Origin: Octopus bimaculoides
Lineage: Eukaryota
Length of the DNA: 37,406 nt
Reading direction: 5' to 3'
Assembly (NCBI RefSeq): GCF_001194135.2
Contig: NC_068992.1
Coordinates: forward strand, 66,076,508 to 66,113,913
The notes under the pieces are model-generated. The model ran no database searches and was not told the DNA's origin. It was given only the letters and a program-made list of their open reading frames with translations. Positions within the stretch are counted from its first letter, which is position 1. Each line of letters starts with the position of its first letter. This document shows, in pieces, positions 36,578 to 37,406 of this stretch. The position numbers and the translations under genes are program-made.

Positions 36578-37406
36578 GCTTAACCAGCAAAGTCGCATCA
36601 TTCGAAAGCTACAATTCGAGGAAGCATATTGTGACCAGCAGTGTGCAACAGCATCTGACAGCCTGATCGATAGCCTAATCGATACCGTGACATATCTGTG
36701 TTTGTGTGTCTATGATTCGATATATTTTATTTTATTTAAACGAATAGACCACCAGTTTACAAAATATATCTCGTGTTAATAAAAGTTAAAGTTTCTTATT
36801 AAACAGAAGCAAATATTTATTTTAGAGCTGAACATTTTCCAAATCATCTTCCGTTACGGTTCAGTGTCTGCAACACTGAAGTTCACATTTTGATCTGTTA
36901 TTTTCTTGACGTGTCTTTCTTTTCGTAACATTGTTCGACAGCCAAAAGATGAGGCAAGACCTCTATTGATTATACGTATAGTTATCATCAACCACAGCTA
37001 CGTATCTAAACAGAAATTCTATTTTGTTTTCTCGAATACATCTCTGAATCTTCTCTACTTTCTCAAGTTAGAAAGATTTCGCTATTAAATCAATTTTCAT
37101 GTAATTCCAGAAAGATAGAGATGTCGATAAAATTTTACATATAGATATCGAAAGTACTTATAAATGTTTGTATTTTATTAGGGAAAGTAAAGTTTTCTTC
37201 TTTTTCGAAATTTATCGAAAGCTCAAATAGAATAAAGGTAATTTCTTTTATGTTTTTTTTTTTTAAGGAAATATTTCAAATTTACCATTTTTAGCATTTC
37301 GTCCAAATTGATATCTTTTTCTGAAACACAACCAATTTATCTAACGAAATAAGACTTTTTCTTTATCTCACACATCTGAGCTGATAATGTTAAGATACGT
37401 AAATAT

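Overview
AT-rich, microsatellite-saturated eukaryotic DNA from a gapped draft assembly (14 N-runs, nearly all flanked by (TA)n, (TACA)n, (CA)n/(TG)n or (GGT)n repeats). The SINE families, LINE remnants and repeat spectrum resemble octopod cephalopod (Octopus-like) genomes; this is inference from recognition, not a database match. No host protein-coding gene could be supported, and most ORFs in the track are translations of microsatellites or N-runs. The window contains about 13 copies or fragments of three tRNA-derived SINE families (my labels A, B, C), fragments of RLE-type (R2/R4-like) and RTE non-LTR retrotransposons, and a Tigger/pogo-type MITE. The most notable signal is two independent head-to-head inverted repeats (114-420 and 9834-10171). 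Each arm carries a Penelope-type minimal hammerhead ribozyme motif with a palindromic ACAGCTGT-type stem III, and the copy at 10047-10094 has an intact catalytic core. Other points: an RLE LINE 3' end associated with (TACA)n, a long fold-back at 31090-31257, and a miRNA-like hairpin at 6341-6406.
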